From a virus (taxonomy: Duplodnaviria; Caudoviricetes), in IMG/VR virus record IMGVR_UViG_3300032224_000903, positions 25,744-89,743 of that record: 64,000 bases of DNA, one strand, 5' to 3'. Below, piece by piece: positions 31,279 through 40,435 of this stretch. Position numbers and translations under genes: made by a program. The notes beneath the pieces were generated by a model, which was not told the origin of the DNA, made no database searches, and worked only from the letters and a program-made list of their open reading frames with translations. The stretch's first letter is position 1, and every line of letters starts with the position of its first letter.

Positions 31279-31444
31279 ATTTTCTATTTTTAATAATATA
31301 AGAAATTTTATTTAAAAAACAAAATAATCAATAGGGACAGTTCCTTCACTTCTGTCTTGTCTCTCCGTAGCAGTCAGCACTATTGATATTTGATGGATGA
31401 AAAACATCTATTCTTCTTGCGGACTTCCATCGGAGTCCCATATC

Positions 31445-31675
31445 TTATAAAAATCTACTACCTTGTCTTCTTCTTGCCTCTTCGGCTTCCCTATACCAAC
31501 GAATCCAAGTTAATGAAACATCAACGGGGGCAAGTATCCAAGCCATTACTAAAACCATGATGGTATCTAATTCTGGCGAACCACCTGTGGGGTCGTTAGA
31601 ATATCTTTTGTCTAAATTTTTAAACAACTGATACAAACAATAAATAACGCAAATAACATAATAACCTATAAACAT
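31445..31675 (-). CDS. Small membrane protein
   Basis: Two hydrophobic segments. Confidence 0.65.
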   Translation of the reverse strand: MFIGYYVICVIYCLYQLFKNLDKRYSNDPTGGSPELDTIMVLVMAWILAPVDVSLTWIRWYREAEEARRRQGSRFL

Positions 31676-31688
31676 AACTTTTAATTTT

Positions 31689-32039
31689 TTATTTCCAAAA
31701 TAATGATATAATAATAATTGTGAAAGCCAACAGTAATTGAACTGCGGTTTTCATTGTGAACGGTTGACCAAAATGATATGGATAAAGAACCGCAGCAATC
31801 ATAATACCTGTTACAAAAAATATGAACCTATTACTCCACATCTCACCGTTAAATGCCATTACACCATAATGAGATGCTTTAATCCATAAGAATGTACAAC
31901 CGACCGCAATTAAATAAGGCCATGGAGTTTTAATCCAATTTTCCATTTTAAATTGCCAATACATAATATACCAATGACCTATCGATCCCAAAAGGAAAAG
32001 TGATATTGATGTAAGTAAATTAACTATTTGTGGTTTCAT
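31689..32039 (-). CDS. Four-TM small membrane protein (SMR/DMT-like architecture)
   Basis: Start reassigned to ATG (MKPQIVN); four hydrophobic helices. Confidence 0.6.
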   Translation of the reverse strand: MKPQIVNLLTSISLFLLGSIGHWYIMYWQFKMENWIKTPWPYLIAVGCTFLWIKASHYGVMAFNGEMWSNRFIFFVTGIMIAAVLYPYHFGQPFTMKTAVQLLLAFTIIIISLFWK

Positions 32040-32077
32040 GATAATAGTATACAAAAAATATTTAACAAAACAAAATA

Positions 32078-32199
32078 GATGACAGCACCCATAACAGGGG
32101 TTTGGCCTCGGGTTACATCACGTATAGAATAAACCAAAGTATATTCTGCCCCGATATTGTGCGACGGCCTCATCAGTTTCTACTGAATCCTTCGTCATC
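32078..32199 (-). ncRNA. Candidate 122-nt structured RNA downstream of tRNA-Ser
   Basis: 7-bp closing stem GAUGACG/UGUCAUC with internal stems UCAGU/ACUGA, UCGGG/CCCGA, AGAAUA/UAUUCU. Confidence 0.4.
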
Positions 32200-32206
32200 T
32201 ACTTTT

Positions 32207-32295
32207 TGGCGGAGAGAGTAGGATTCGAACCCACGGACCTGTTACAGTCTACAGTTTTCAAGACTGTCGCGATAGACCAACTCTGCCATCTCTCC
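32207..32295 (-). tRNA. trnS: tRNA-Ser(TGA)
   Basis: Cloverleaf, anticodon loop CUUGAAA, long variable arm, GUUCGAAUC, encoded CCA. Confidence 0.95.
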
Positions 32296-32495
32296 GTTGA
32301 CACCTTTATTTATCCAACTCATAGGTGTCTTAGCTGTCCCCTTTCGGGTTAGGAATAGACCATTGGGTTACTATATTTACCCCTTATAGTAGACGGTCAA
32401 TCTAAATAGAACCTTGTCCTATCATCAGTTCCATATGGTCGTCAAACCACTTCTCTTCATATTGGACATACTATTCGGTGACTAACCGAACCGTG

Positions 32496-32570
32496 TGGGA
32501 AAGTTTGGATTTGAACCAAAGACCTTTGCTTTATGAGAGCACTGCTACTAACCAACTGAGCTACATTCCC
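32496..32570 (-). tRNA. tRNA with CAT anticodon (elongator Met or lysidine-modified Ile2)
   Basis: Loop CUCAUAA, GGUUCAAAUCC T-arm, A73, no initiator features, CCA not encoded. Confidence 0.85.
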
Positions 32571-32579
32571 TATTTGTCG

Positions 32580-32664
32580 CTGACACGGTAGGAGTCGAAC
32601 CTACGGTGGATTTTACTCACCAGATTAACAGTCTGGACCATTCGGCCTCTATGGCAACGTGTCA
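32580..32664 (-). tRNA. trnN: tRNA-Asn(GTT) with an atypical long variable region
   Basis: Acceptor UGACACG/CGUGUCA, G73, loop CUGUUAA, T-arm GUAGGUUCGACUCCUAC, 15-nt variable region; CCA not encoded. Confidence 0.85.
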
Positions 32665-32944
32665 TTCTATCTTCCAAAAAATTTGATTCTAATCCAACTT
32701 AAATTGCACCATCCGATTCATTGATCTGGTTGACAAAGTCCTCGATTGGATTAGTCTCAAAAAGTTACAGGTTTTTCGTACCATCTATGTACATCATAAC
32801 AGATATAATCTGCGGTTACATTTTCGTATTGGGCTAATTACTCCCGACTTATAGTAACTCTACCCTCACCGTTCTACATCTAGATTCAAACGGATCTTTT
32901 GGGATTCATAGACAGTGGGGTCACACCACCGTCGTCACCTGTTG

Positions 32945-33017
32945 AGCCTCGTTACGGACTTGAACCGCAGACCTAATCATTACAAATGACTTGCTCTACC
33001 AACTGAGCTAACGAGGC
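32945..33017 (-). tRNA. trnT: tRNA-Thr(TGT)
   Basis: GCCUCGU/ACGAGGC acceptor, loop UUUGUAA, GGUUCAAGUCC; CCA not encoded. Confidence 0.93.
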
Positions 33018-33055
33018 TTATTTTATTTCAATATGTCAAAGAACCACTTATTTTA

Positions 33056-33086
33056 CAAAGATAATAAATATATATGAATATACAAA
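33056..33086 (-). promoter_or_regulatory. Bacteroidota promoter of the tRNA cluster
   Basis: TTTG-N19-TATCTTTG. Confidence 0.65.
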
Positions 33087-33105
33087 ATTATTTTTAATCT
33101 TTTAC

Positions 33106-33134
33106 AAAAAACCCCCACCTTTAGGGTGAGGGTT
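33106..33134 (-). terminator. Intrinsic terminator after the PhyH-like gene
   Basis: Imperfect AACCC...GGGTT hairpin with a T tract on the minus strand. Confidence 0.6.
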
Positions 33135-33154
33135 ATCAATATATCAATATATTA

Positions 33155-33937
33155 CTATTCACTCCAATGTTTATCTCTAAGTTCATATACATCAATTGGT
33201 TCACGTTTCATATGACTTCCCTGATTGTAAAATGCACCTTTTTTCAAGAATCCACCTAAAAAGTTTCTTCTCATTCTATTTGAGTTGTTAGCTTCCGACC
33301 CGTGTACACAATGTGAGTGTAATAAAACCACTTGTCCTTTTTTTAGAATTCCTTCTACCTTACGGAAATCGTGTCCCTCAGGCATAATACAAGGTTTACC
33401 TCTTTCATTTCTCCAAAATGATGGATTAGTTTTTGCTCTTTCCTCATCAACCTCAATTGGTAATGTTTGTAATCTATGTGAACCTTCGTAGTTCCACACG
33501 GAACCATTACCATTGTCGTGGTTATCCAATGCTAAGGCCGTATTAATAATTTCATTGTGTTTACAACCCGTGTAAAAGGCGTTTTGGTGCATATCTCTAC
33601 CTAATTGTCCTGGTGGTTTAAAATACGACCATGATTGCATTCCGTCGATTTCACCCTCCATAAGAAACTCACAAGCTTCAATAATTTTAGGATGAACATA
33701 TAGTTTTGCAAGTTTATCCGATAATTTATGTGGATATGCGAATGGATCCCATTCACCCCACTCCTTACCATCGTCTGTTAATGTTCCTTTTCTCTCCTGA
33801 CGTAAACGTTCAAGTTCATCATTGATTTCGTCACATTCTTCTTCTGTTAAGAGTTCTAATGTGGTAAATCCTCGGTATCTCCAATCAAATGTCATTTGTT
33901 GGATTTCCAATTCTGTAAGATGTTTAAAATTTCCCAT
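33155..33937 (-). CDS. Phytanoyl-CoA dioxygenase (PhyH)-family 2OG-Fe(II) oxygenase
   Basis: YFKPPG...MHQNAFY (Asn in place of the usual Asp), GSH, LLHSHCVHGSEANNSNRMRR. Confidence 0.82.
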   Translation of the reverse strand: MGNFKHLTELEIQQMTFDWRYRGFTTLELLTEEECDEINDELERLRQERKGTLTDDGKEWGEWDPFAYPHKLSDKLAKLYVHPKIIEACEFLMEGEIDGMQSWSYFKPPGQLGRDMHQNAFYTGCKHNEIINTALALDNHDNGNGSVWNYEGSHRLQTLPIEVDEERAKTNPSFWRNERGKPCIMPEGHDFRKVEGILKKGQVVLLHSHCVHGSEANNSNRMRRNFLGGFLKKGAFYNQGSHMKREPIDVYELRDKHWSE

Positions 33938-34049
33938 AATAATTTATTTAATACTATAATATAACATCATTTTATTATAAAACAAAATATTTGTCAAAAA
34001 ATAACTCATGAGTTTCATCAGTAGTCCAATTAGAAAGTATTTATAAACA

Positions 34050-34080
34050 GACAAAAAATAAACGTATCTCTCTCAAGATA
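34050..34080 (+). repeat. 31-bp imperfect direct repeat, left copy
   Basis: GACAAAAAATAAACGTATCTCTCTCAAGATA; 27/31 identical to 47485-47515. Confidence 0.75.
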
Positions 34081-34131
34081 TTATGTATTATAATAATATG
34101 TAGTTCTAAGAGAATTTAAACTTGGAACAAC

Positions 34132-34779
34132 ATGGAAAAATTAAGAACATTATCGGTTAACATTAAAGAAAAATTAGCACAGGTATTTTTATCCTTGTTT
34201 GCTTTATGGATCATATTCGCACTTTTGTTTGCGGTTTTTATGTCTTACTTGGAATTCTCTGGTAATACTGAAATGGCTCGTGACGTATCAAATTGGATTA
34301 TGTGGAGGATTGATGGTACGTTCAAGAACTCACCTGAAAATATATTGTACAAGGCTGAAGACCATATTTGGGTGGAGAGTGTTACCAATGAGGTTAAAAT
34401 GGGTAAATTGGCAGGCAACAGAAATTTAGCTTTTGGTGTAAAAAATACATTGGAAGAATTCTTACAGGAGAAGGGGTATGATTTGACACCGTCGGCTCCG
34501 TACAAATTAAAAGTTCAAATCGTTTATTTAGACGTTCTCACAACAAAAAAGAATATTTCGGTTTTTCACAAAAATGAAGAAGAAGTTGTCATTCGTATGA
34601 AAGGAATTTTATACAAGGATGGTAAGAAAGAAAAAGAACTTATGGTTGAAGAATCATCTTCAGAAATATCCATGTCAACATTAATTGTGGACGAAGGTGG
34701 TCAATTCAATCAAACATCATTAAGTAATGCTTTGAAAAAGTCTGCTGATAAATTAATAACCAAATTATTTGAAAAGTAA
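34132..34779 (+). CDS. Membrane-anchored periplasmic protein, possible CsgG/LptE-like alpha-beta fold
   Basis: N-terminal TM; GVKNTLEEFLQEKGY; C-terminal SLSNALKKSADKLITKLF helix. Confidence 0.5.
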   Translation: MEKLRTLSVNIKEKLAQVFLSLFALWIIFALLFAVFMSYLEFSGNTEMARDVSNWIMWRIDGTFKNSPENILYKAEDHIWVESVTNEVKMGKLAGNRNLAFGVKNTLEEFLQEKGYDLTPSAPYKLKVQIVYLDVLTTKKNISVFHKNEEEVVIRMKGILYKDGKKEKELMVEESSSEISMSTLIVDEGGQFNQTSLSNALKKSADKLITKLFEK

Positions 34780-34781
34780 CT

Positions 34782-36437
34782 ATGAAAAAATTATTAACTC
34801 TACTTGGAATACTAGTAATATCCATAGCCACAAATGCACAATTAACGGTCAATCAATTAGTAACTCCTACAACAGGGTTAAAGGTTGGTGATACAGTTTC
34901 GGTAAAATATACCGTTGCGAGAGGTACAACAACTCCTCGTTATTTTTGGTTAAGATACCAATATAACAATAAAGCACTTGCATATGTTTCAACAACGTTC
35001 TCACAAGGAACATCAGTTCAAACATTCTATACAAGTTGGTCATCTTATAAGTTTACCGCAAGTACCGCAAATAGTATTACTGCAACAAGTTTATATGATC
35101 AATATAAAGCAACACCTTGGGCGTATACCACTAACGCAGATTGGAATGTTGGGCAATTAACAGTTCAAAGAACAGATGCATCAATCAACGGAGATATTGC
35201 AACTCAAAAATATGTAATAAAAGATTTGGGTGATTATACAAACATACACAAATTAGATTTATCATATTCAATTGATGCAGCAGGAGCTAACATAGGACCA
35301 ATTACAACTGATCCAGGTACAATGTCTTTATCAAATGTAGTTGGTAATACATCTCAATTTAAAGTAAGAGTCTTATTCCCAACAGGTTATGATATTACAG
35401 CACATAGTGTGTCTTTAATACCATTAAAGACAACAGGTGAGATTGATTGGACGGCACAGGCAATTGCAACTAAAACATTAGACGCAAGTGGTGAGGCAAC
35501 ATTTACAACCGAAGCAAAAGTAGGTGACGAATTTGCTGTATTTGTAAATGCAGCGTTACAAAAAACATTTATGAATAATATCATTACAGTATCTGATGCG
35601 TACAAGGCTTTTTTAGGTATTACACAAGTAGACTTAACAGGAACACCAACATATTTTAACAGACCAACATTACAAAAGAATATTGGTTTGATTACAAAAG
35701 GTAAAACAACATTTAGTGAAAGTGACTCATATAATTTATTTGCAAATGTTATGGGAATTGATGTTTCATCAACTGCTATGATTCCATCAAATGCTGCACC
35801 TGTAAATGGTGTTGTGAATTTTAAATGGTATAACGGTTTATTAAATCAAAGTTGGTTAGATGGTGTACCTACTTACAAAACAAAAGTAACATCCTCAAAT
35901 CAAGCTGTAGATATGGTATTTGCTTGGGGTGGTGATTTGGATTGGTCACATTCATCCGATCCTGACGTGATTGCTGCAAGAGTTGCTGCTGGTACTTATG
36001 CTAATTCAGTAAAAGACGGTTCAACTATAAAATCATTTGCGGTAAGTTCAATGAGTTATACTCCAACAGTTGAAAAGGCAACATTAGGATTAAACTCTAC
36101 AATAGTTAATGGTAAAGTTGTATTAACAGGAACTTTAACAAAAGAAGGATTGGCGGGTTTAGAAGTAATATTACAATACGATAATACAAAATTAACATTT
36201 GATAACATTGCATTTGATGCGGGTCCAAGTGTAACTAACTTCTCAACAAACGGAGATGGTAGATTGACATTTGGTTCTATGGATCAAAATAAGACGGCAA
36301 GAATTAAAATAGGAACACCATATAAATTAACTTTCACACCAAAAGAAACCATTACAAATACCGCTGGTTTATTCTACACAGTTTTAGCCGATGCGGTTGA
36401 TGGAAGTGGAAACAAAATCAACTTAATAGTTGAATAA
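34782..36437 (+). CDS. Secreted protein with cohesin-like domains and dockerin-like motifs
   Basis: Signal peptide ATNA|Q; IITVSDAYKAF; AWGGDLDWSHS; C-terminal GLEVILQYDNTKLTF. Confidence 0.65.
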   Translation: MKKLLTLLGILVISIATNAQLTVNQLVTPTTGLKVGDTVSVKYTVARGTTTPRYFWLRYQYNNKALAYVSTTFSQGTSVQTFYTSWSSYKFTASTANSITATSLYDQYKATPWAYTTNADWNVGQLTVQRTDASINGDIATQKYVIKDLGDYTNIHKLDLSYSIDAAGANIGPITTDPGTMSLSNVVGNTSQFKVRVLFPTGYDITAHSVSLIPLKTTGEIDWTAQAIATKTLDASGEATFTTEAKVGDEFAVFVNAALQKTFMNNIITVSDAYKAFLGITQVDLTGTPTYFNRPTLQKNIGLITKGKTTFSESDSYNLFANVMGIDVSSTAMIPSNAAPVNGVVNFKWYNGLLNQSWLDGVPTYKTKVTSSNQAVDMVFAWGGDLDWSHSSDPDVIAARVAAGTYANSVKDGSTIKSFAVSSMSYTPTVEKATLGLNSTIVNGKVVLTGTLTKEGLAGLEVILQYDNTKLTFDNIAFDAGPSVTNFSTNGDGRLTFGSMDQNKTARIKIGTPYKLTFTPKETITNTAGLFYTVLADAVDGSGNKINLIVE

Positions 36438-38353
36438 TGAGGAAATTACTAACAATATTATTCTTATTCATATTTTCAATAACCTACTCCCAATCAGGTG
36501 TGGGTTATTTAAATTATACTGTTTATAACATTATAAGTAATGGGGCAGGAGCATATGCGTATAATTCAAATGATTTTGTTAATATGTTTGATGTTACAAA
36601 AGGAGCAAGTGTTCATACATCAGGTACGGCAGCAGTTAATTCTGCAATGTTAGATTTTAATGGTAGGTGGATAACAGGATTACCATATAACGGTTCATAT
36701 ACTGGTATTAAAATTACTGGATGGTTTGTTCCAAAAGAAACAGGAACATATCAATTTTTTATAAATGGTGATGATGCCGTTGATTTTTCATTAGATGGAA
36801 AAGTTGTAACATCTTTTTATGGTCCACATGGATTTGGTGCAAACGTAGTAGGTTCTGTTAGTTTAGTTGCTGGTAAATCATATACCTTTATGGCAAGATA
36901 CCAAAACTGGTCAGGTGGTTGGGGTATGGATTTAGAATGGAAAAGACCATCACAATATAATTGGGCTATTCAAGCGGATGAGTGTTATTCAACATCACCA
37001 TCAACACCAACTAAAAAAGCAATAACTAATTTTAACTTCAATACAAATATTACACCAACAACATTTTCAGTAGGTTCGGCATTGAGTTCGGCAGGTTCAA
37101 TTGATATAACAACATTATTAGATAGTAATAAAATAAATACAGGATATAAGGCAATAATTACACCAGGTCAAGTTGAATGGTCATATACAAATCCAAACGC
37201 AAATTGGTTAAATGGTAATAGTAGATTGTTGATTGATATGAGACAAGTTGGTGGTATAGACCCAACTAAAATTAATAGTGTAAAAATATTTGATGCATAT
37301 GAAGGTAATATGACATATACATCACATGATGCAAATGGTTGGGCAATATATACAGTACCATCACCACTAACAAAAATAACCGATGGAACATCTGCAAATA
37401 ATTCATCTATTAGAAATGTAAATGGTTGGAATACTGATTACGCATTTCAAAGTACCATATCACTTGCAGCAACTCAATCATATAAAACACAAACAATAAC
37501 CACATCAACCACAAATAACTTAACAACATTGTATAATAGTATTGTTACAGTATCTGATGTTTATTTGGCATTTAAAGAATTAGCAAATAATGGTTTATTT
37601 GGTAATCAAAATGGTAATGAGTTTGGATATGGTATTCAGTACAAAAACGCAGATGTAAATGATGATGGTACATTTAATGAGGCTGATTGTTTTGCATTAT
37701 TACAAAATTTAACAGGAGTAAAAACATTAGTGGATACATTCAACTTAAACAAAACAATGAGAATTATACCACAAACAAAATATGATAGTATTGGTAAATC
37801 TAATTGGACAACATTTACAACGCCATTAGGGAGTTCTTATTCATTTGATATTAACACAGGTAAATCAACCGACACATTAAATTTAGCGGTGGCTTGGAAA
37901 GGTGATGTTAACTTATCTCATTCAACAACACCGAAGTCAAACAATTTAACATCAATGTCGTTAAGATCAATGAGTATTAGTAATGAAATCAACGCATCTA
38001 TAATGACAGAAGTAATTGGAGATAGTGTTTATGCATATATTACATTAGACCCATTAGGACAAAATTTAATGGGTGCACAATTTCAATTAAAATACGATAA
38101 TTCAGTATTAAAATATAATAGAGTAAAATTTATAACAAAAGGTTCACCTACAAATTGGGGTGTAGATAATGATGGGTTTGTTGGTTTAGGTTCATTAATT
38201 ACGGGTAGTAGTTCATCATTGGATAATACAACTCAATATATTATATCGTTTACCGCAAATAAAAAATTGGATAACATATTTGGTTTAATTTCAATAGGGG
38301 CAACCGATGCGGTTAACCAAAGTGGAACATCATTAAAAGTAAGAGTAAACTAA
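36437..38353 (+). CDS. Secreted PA14-domain protein with dockerin-like EF-hand and C-terminal cohesin-like domain
   Basis: Signal peptide TYS|Q; PA14 ITGWFVPKETGTYQFFINGDDAV; ADVNDDGTFNEAD; GAQFQLKYDNSVLKY. Confidence 0.72.
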   Translation: MRKLLTILFLFIFSITYSQSGVGYLNYTVYNIISNGAGAYAYNSNDFVNMFDVTKGASVHTSGTAAVNSAMLDFNGRWITGLPYNGSYTGIKITGWFVPKETGTYQFFINGDDAVDFSLDGKVVTSFYGPHGFGANVVGSVSLVAGKSYTFMARYQNWSGGWGMDLEWKRPSQYNWAIQADECYSTSPSTPTKKAITNFNFNTNITPTTFSVGSALSSAGSIDITTLLDSNKINTGYKAIITPGQVEWSYTNPNANWLNGNSRLLIDMRQVGGIDPTKINSVKIFDAYEGNMTYTSHDANGWAIYTVPSPLTKITDGTSANNSSIRNVNGWNTDYAFQSTISLAATQSYKTQTITTSTTNNLTTLYNSIVTVSDVYLAFKELANNGLFGNQNGNEFGYGIQYKNADVNDDGTFNEADCFALLQNLTGVKTLVDTFNLNKTMRIIPQTKYDSIGKSNWTTFTTPLGSSYSFDINTGKSTDTLNLAVAWKGDVNLSHSTTPKSNNLTSMSLRSMSISNEINASIMTEVIGDSVYAYITLDPLGQNLMGAQFQLKYDNSVLKYNRVKFITKGSPTNWGVDNDGFVGLGSLITGSSSSLDNTTQYIISFTANKKLDNIFGLISIGATDAVNQSGTSLKVRVN

Positions 38354-38709
38354 TGAAACATATCAAAATTATATTATTGTGTTGTATCGTTTTTGTAATA
38401 TCATGTAAAAAGGTAGTTCCACCAGCACCCGTTGTGTCAATTAATAACAAAGAATTTTTTAGTGTGTCTGAAAACACAGTTAAAAACGGGGATATAATGA
38501 ACTTTACTTTAACCACAGTAGGAACATACACATTAACTATGATTGATACAGTTCAAAACCAAGTAGTATCAAGAGAACGATTTACGGGGAAAATTGGATT
38601 AAACTCACTCAAAATATATACAAATACTTTACCAACAAAATACCTAAATGTTGTATTAAAGGATCAAAATAATGTTCAAATAGGTAAAACCAAAATAATT
38701 ATAAATTAA
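38353..38709 (+). CDS. Lipoprotein with T9SS C-terminal-domain-like Ig fold
   Basis: Lipobox VIS|C; YTLTMID...GLNSLKIYTNTLPTKYLNVVL...TKIIIN. Confidence 0.55.
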   Translation: MKHIKIILLCCIVFVISCKKVVPPAPVVSINNKEFFSVSENTVKNGDIMNFTLTTVGTYTLTMIDTVQNQVVSRERFTGKIGLNSLKIYTNTLPTKYLNVVLKDQNNVQIGKTKIIIN

Positions 38710-38721
38710 ACAAGACAAAAA

Positions 38722-39087
38722 ATGAAAAAAGTATCTCTCGTACTCTTTGGATTAATCTTCTTGGTTGGATGTAGAAAAAATGACACTCCAATGCCACAGG
38801 TGATTAGTGACAACCTTAAAATCTCAAGTTCAGTGGGATTAAAATTAGAAACTCCATTTGTAACAAGTGAGGTTGCAATGAACATAAAAAGCGATGTAAA
38901 TCAAACTGTAACTGTTAAGATATTCGATATTTCTAATAGAGTAGTATCCAAATCTACAAGTGAAGTAAAGGTTGGTGATAACATTTTAAGAGTATATACA
39001 TCGGCTTTACCGTCTTCGGCATATAGAATTGCCTTATACGATAGTGCCGGCAATCTCTTAACCATCACGGACTTTAATAAAATTTAA
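38722..39087 (+). CDS. Lipoprotein with T9SS type-A sorting-domain-like region
   Basis: Lipobox LVG|C; VTVKIFDISNRVV...GDNILRVYTSALPSSAYRIAL. Confidence 0.6.
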   Translation: MKKVSLVLFGLIFLVGCRKNDTPMPQVISDNLKISSSVGLKLETPFVTSEVAMNIKSDVNQTVTVKIFDISNRVVSKSTSEVKVGDNILRVYTSALPSSAYRIALYDSAGNLLTITDFNKI

Positions 39088-39118
39088 GATAATTATATAA
39101 AGACAAAAACACAAAATT

Positions 39119-39436
39119 ATGGCAGAAGAACAAGAACAAGAATCAACAGGTAAATCCTTTAAAGGAATAATTATTACGTTAGTAAGTACAGTTACATTAG
39201 GTGTAGGTGGATTTATTACTAATAAATTAACAGGTGGTGGAGATGATAAGAAAGAAACTCCCGCGGCGACAACTCCTGTTATTAACATAAACAATACCCA
39301 ACAACAATCTCAGGCGGCGGGTGGTAAAACTGTAATCATCAAACAAGGAAGTGGAACGGCACAACCAGTACAACCAGTTGTTAAACCTAAGAAAAAAGAA
39401 GGTGACGAATTTAAAGAAGAGGCACCAAAATGGTAG
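39119..39436 (+). CDS. Single-TM protein
   Basis: IIITLVSTVTLGVGGFI followed by a Pro/Gln/Thr-rich tail. Confidence 0.7.
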   Translation: MAEEQEQESTGKSFKGIIITLVSTVTLGVGGFITNKLTGGGDDKKETPAATTPVININNTQQQSQAAGGKTVIIKQGSGTAQPVQPVVKPKKKEGDEFKEEAPKW

Positions 39437-39543
39437 TATCTGTGACAGGATATCAAATTGGAACTGTAATCTTTACAATCATAATAATTGGGATGGCAAT
39501 AAAGACGTCCTTTGATTTAACAAAAAAAAATAAAAATGGCTGA
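39430..39543 (+). CDS. Small TM peptide (37 aa)
   Basis: Read manually as MVVSVTGYQIGTVIFTIIIIGMAIKTSFDLTKKNKNG; overlaps both neighbours. Confidence 0.45.
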   Translation: MVVSVTGYQIGTVIFTIIIIGMAIKTSFDLTKKNKNG

Positions 39544-40111
39544 GGAACAAAAACCAAATACAGGATTTAGGGATTTATTAAATTCGGTAATGAAAAGAAG
39601 GTGGTATATTACCGCCATGGTATTGGGTGGTTTTATGGTAATAATCGCAGGTGTATTTGCTGCTATTATGGCAAAAACTCCCGCATCTGCGGAATGGAAA
39701 GAACTTTTATTATTGATGTTAGGTGCTTTTATCGGTAGTTATGGTAAAATCATAGATTATTGGTTCAGCGATCAAGATAAAGATAAGATGTTAGTCCAAA
39801 AGATGGATGAAGAAGATGGTGTAACTCTTTCTCACACAAATGACATGAAAGAAACTAATAAAGAACCCACACCAATTATTCCTGATGCATTTGTTCAAGG
39901 AGCCGCTGCCGCTAGTAAATTATCGGTAGTTGAGAATTTACAAAATTTTGAGTTGGAGAAAGACCAACAAGAACACGAACAAGAAATGGAAAAATTGGAA
40001 TTTGAACACCATGCTCACAGACAATGTGAACACGAATGGGGTGATTCTGACCATGACGGACACGAGGAGTGTCAAAAATGTGGACTATTACGTGAAGACG
40101 TAGAAGGATAA
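39536..40111 (+). CDS. Two-TM membrane protein with C-terminal His/Cys metal-binding motif
   Basis: Two TMs, IIDYWF motif, CEHEW...CQKC. Confidence 0.7.
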   Translation: MAEEQKPNTGFRDLLNSVMKRRWYITAMVLGGFMVIIAGVFAAIMAKTPASAEWKELLLLMLGAFIGSYGKIIDYWFSDQDKDKMLVQKMDEEDGVTLSHTNDMKETNKEPTPIIPDAFVQGAAAASKLSVVENLQNFELEKDQQEHEQEMEKLEFEHHAHRQCEHEWGDSDHDGHEECQKCGLLREDVEG

Positions 40112-40134
40112 ATAAAAGACAAAAATAAATTACT

Positions 40135-40383
40135 ATGAATTTTAAAGAATGGGTTATCGAACTTTTCAAAGATGAAAGAGGTTCAATCTCAATTAAACCA
40201 GTTGTGGCATTTGTAGGGGCTATGTTCCTATGTGTAACAATGATGTTAAATTCGTTCTCTCACGCGGATTTTGCCCCATCACCTGAATTGGTGAATGCGG
40301 TAATGTTAATCACGGGAATTGGAATGGGTGCTGATACTTTGGATAAATTCTCTCACAAAAAGAAAGACGAAACGGAAGGTTAA
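40135..40383 (+). CDS. Two-TM small membrane protein (holin-like)
   Basis: DERGSISIKPVVAF followed by two hydrophobic helices. Confidence 0.6.
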   Translation: MNFKEWVIELFKDERGSISIKPVVAFVGAMFLCVTMMLNSFSHADFAPSPELVNAVMLITGIGMGADTLDKFSHKKKDETEG

Positions 40384-40435
40384 ATGAAAGGGAGTTAAAA
40401 ACTTCCTTTTTTGTGTATTTATATTAAAGTAGTTT

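Noticed and set aside
32078-32206. HDV-like theta ribozyme at the tRNA-Ser 3' end
   Set aside because: The P1-like stem closes the whole element, and no nested P1.1/P2/P3 pseudoknot or J4/2 catalytic C could be traced.
32078-32492. Hammerhead ribozymes suggested by two CUGAUGA motifs
   Set aside because: Neither has the required GAAA after stem II (one reads GGCCAAAC, the other UUUAG), so the catalytic core is incomplete.
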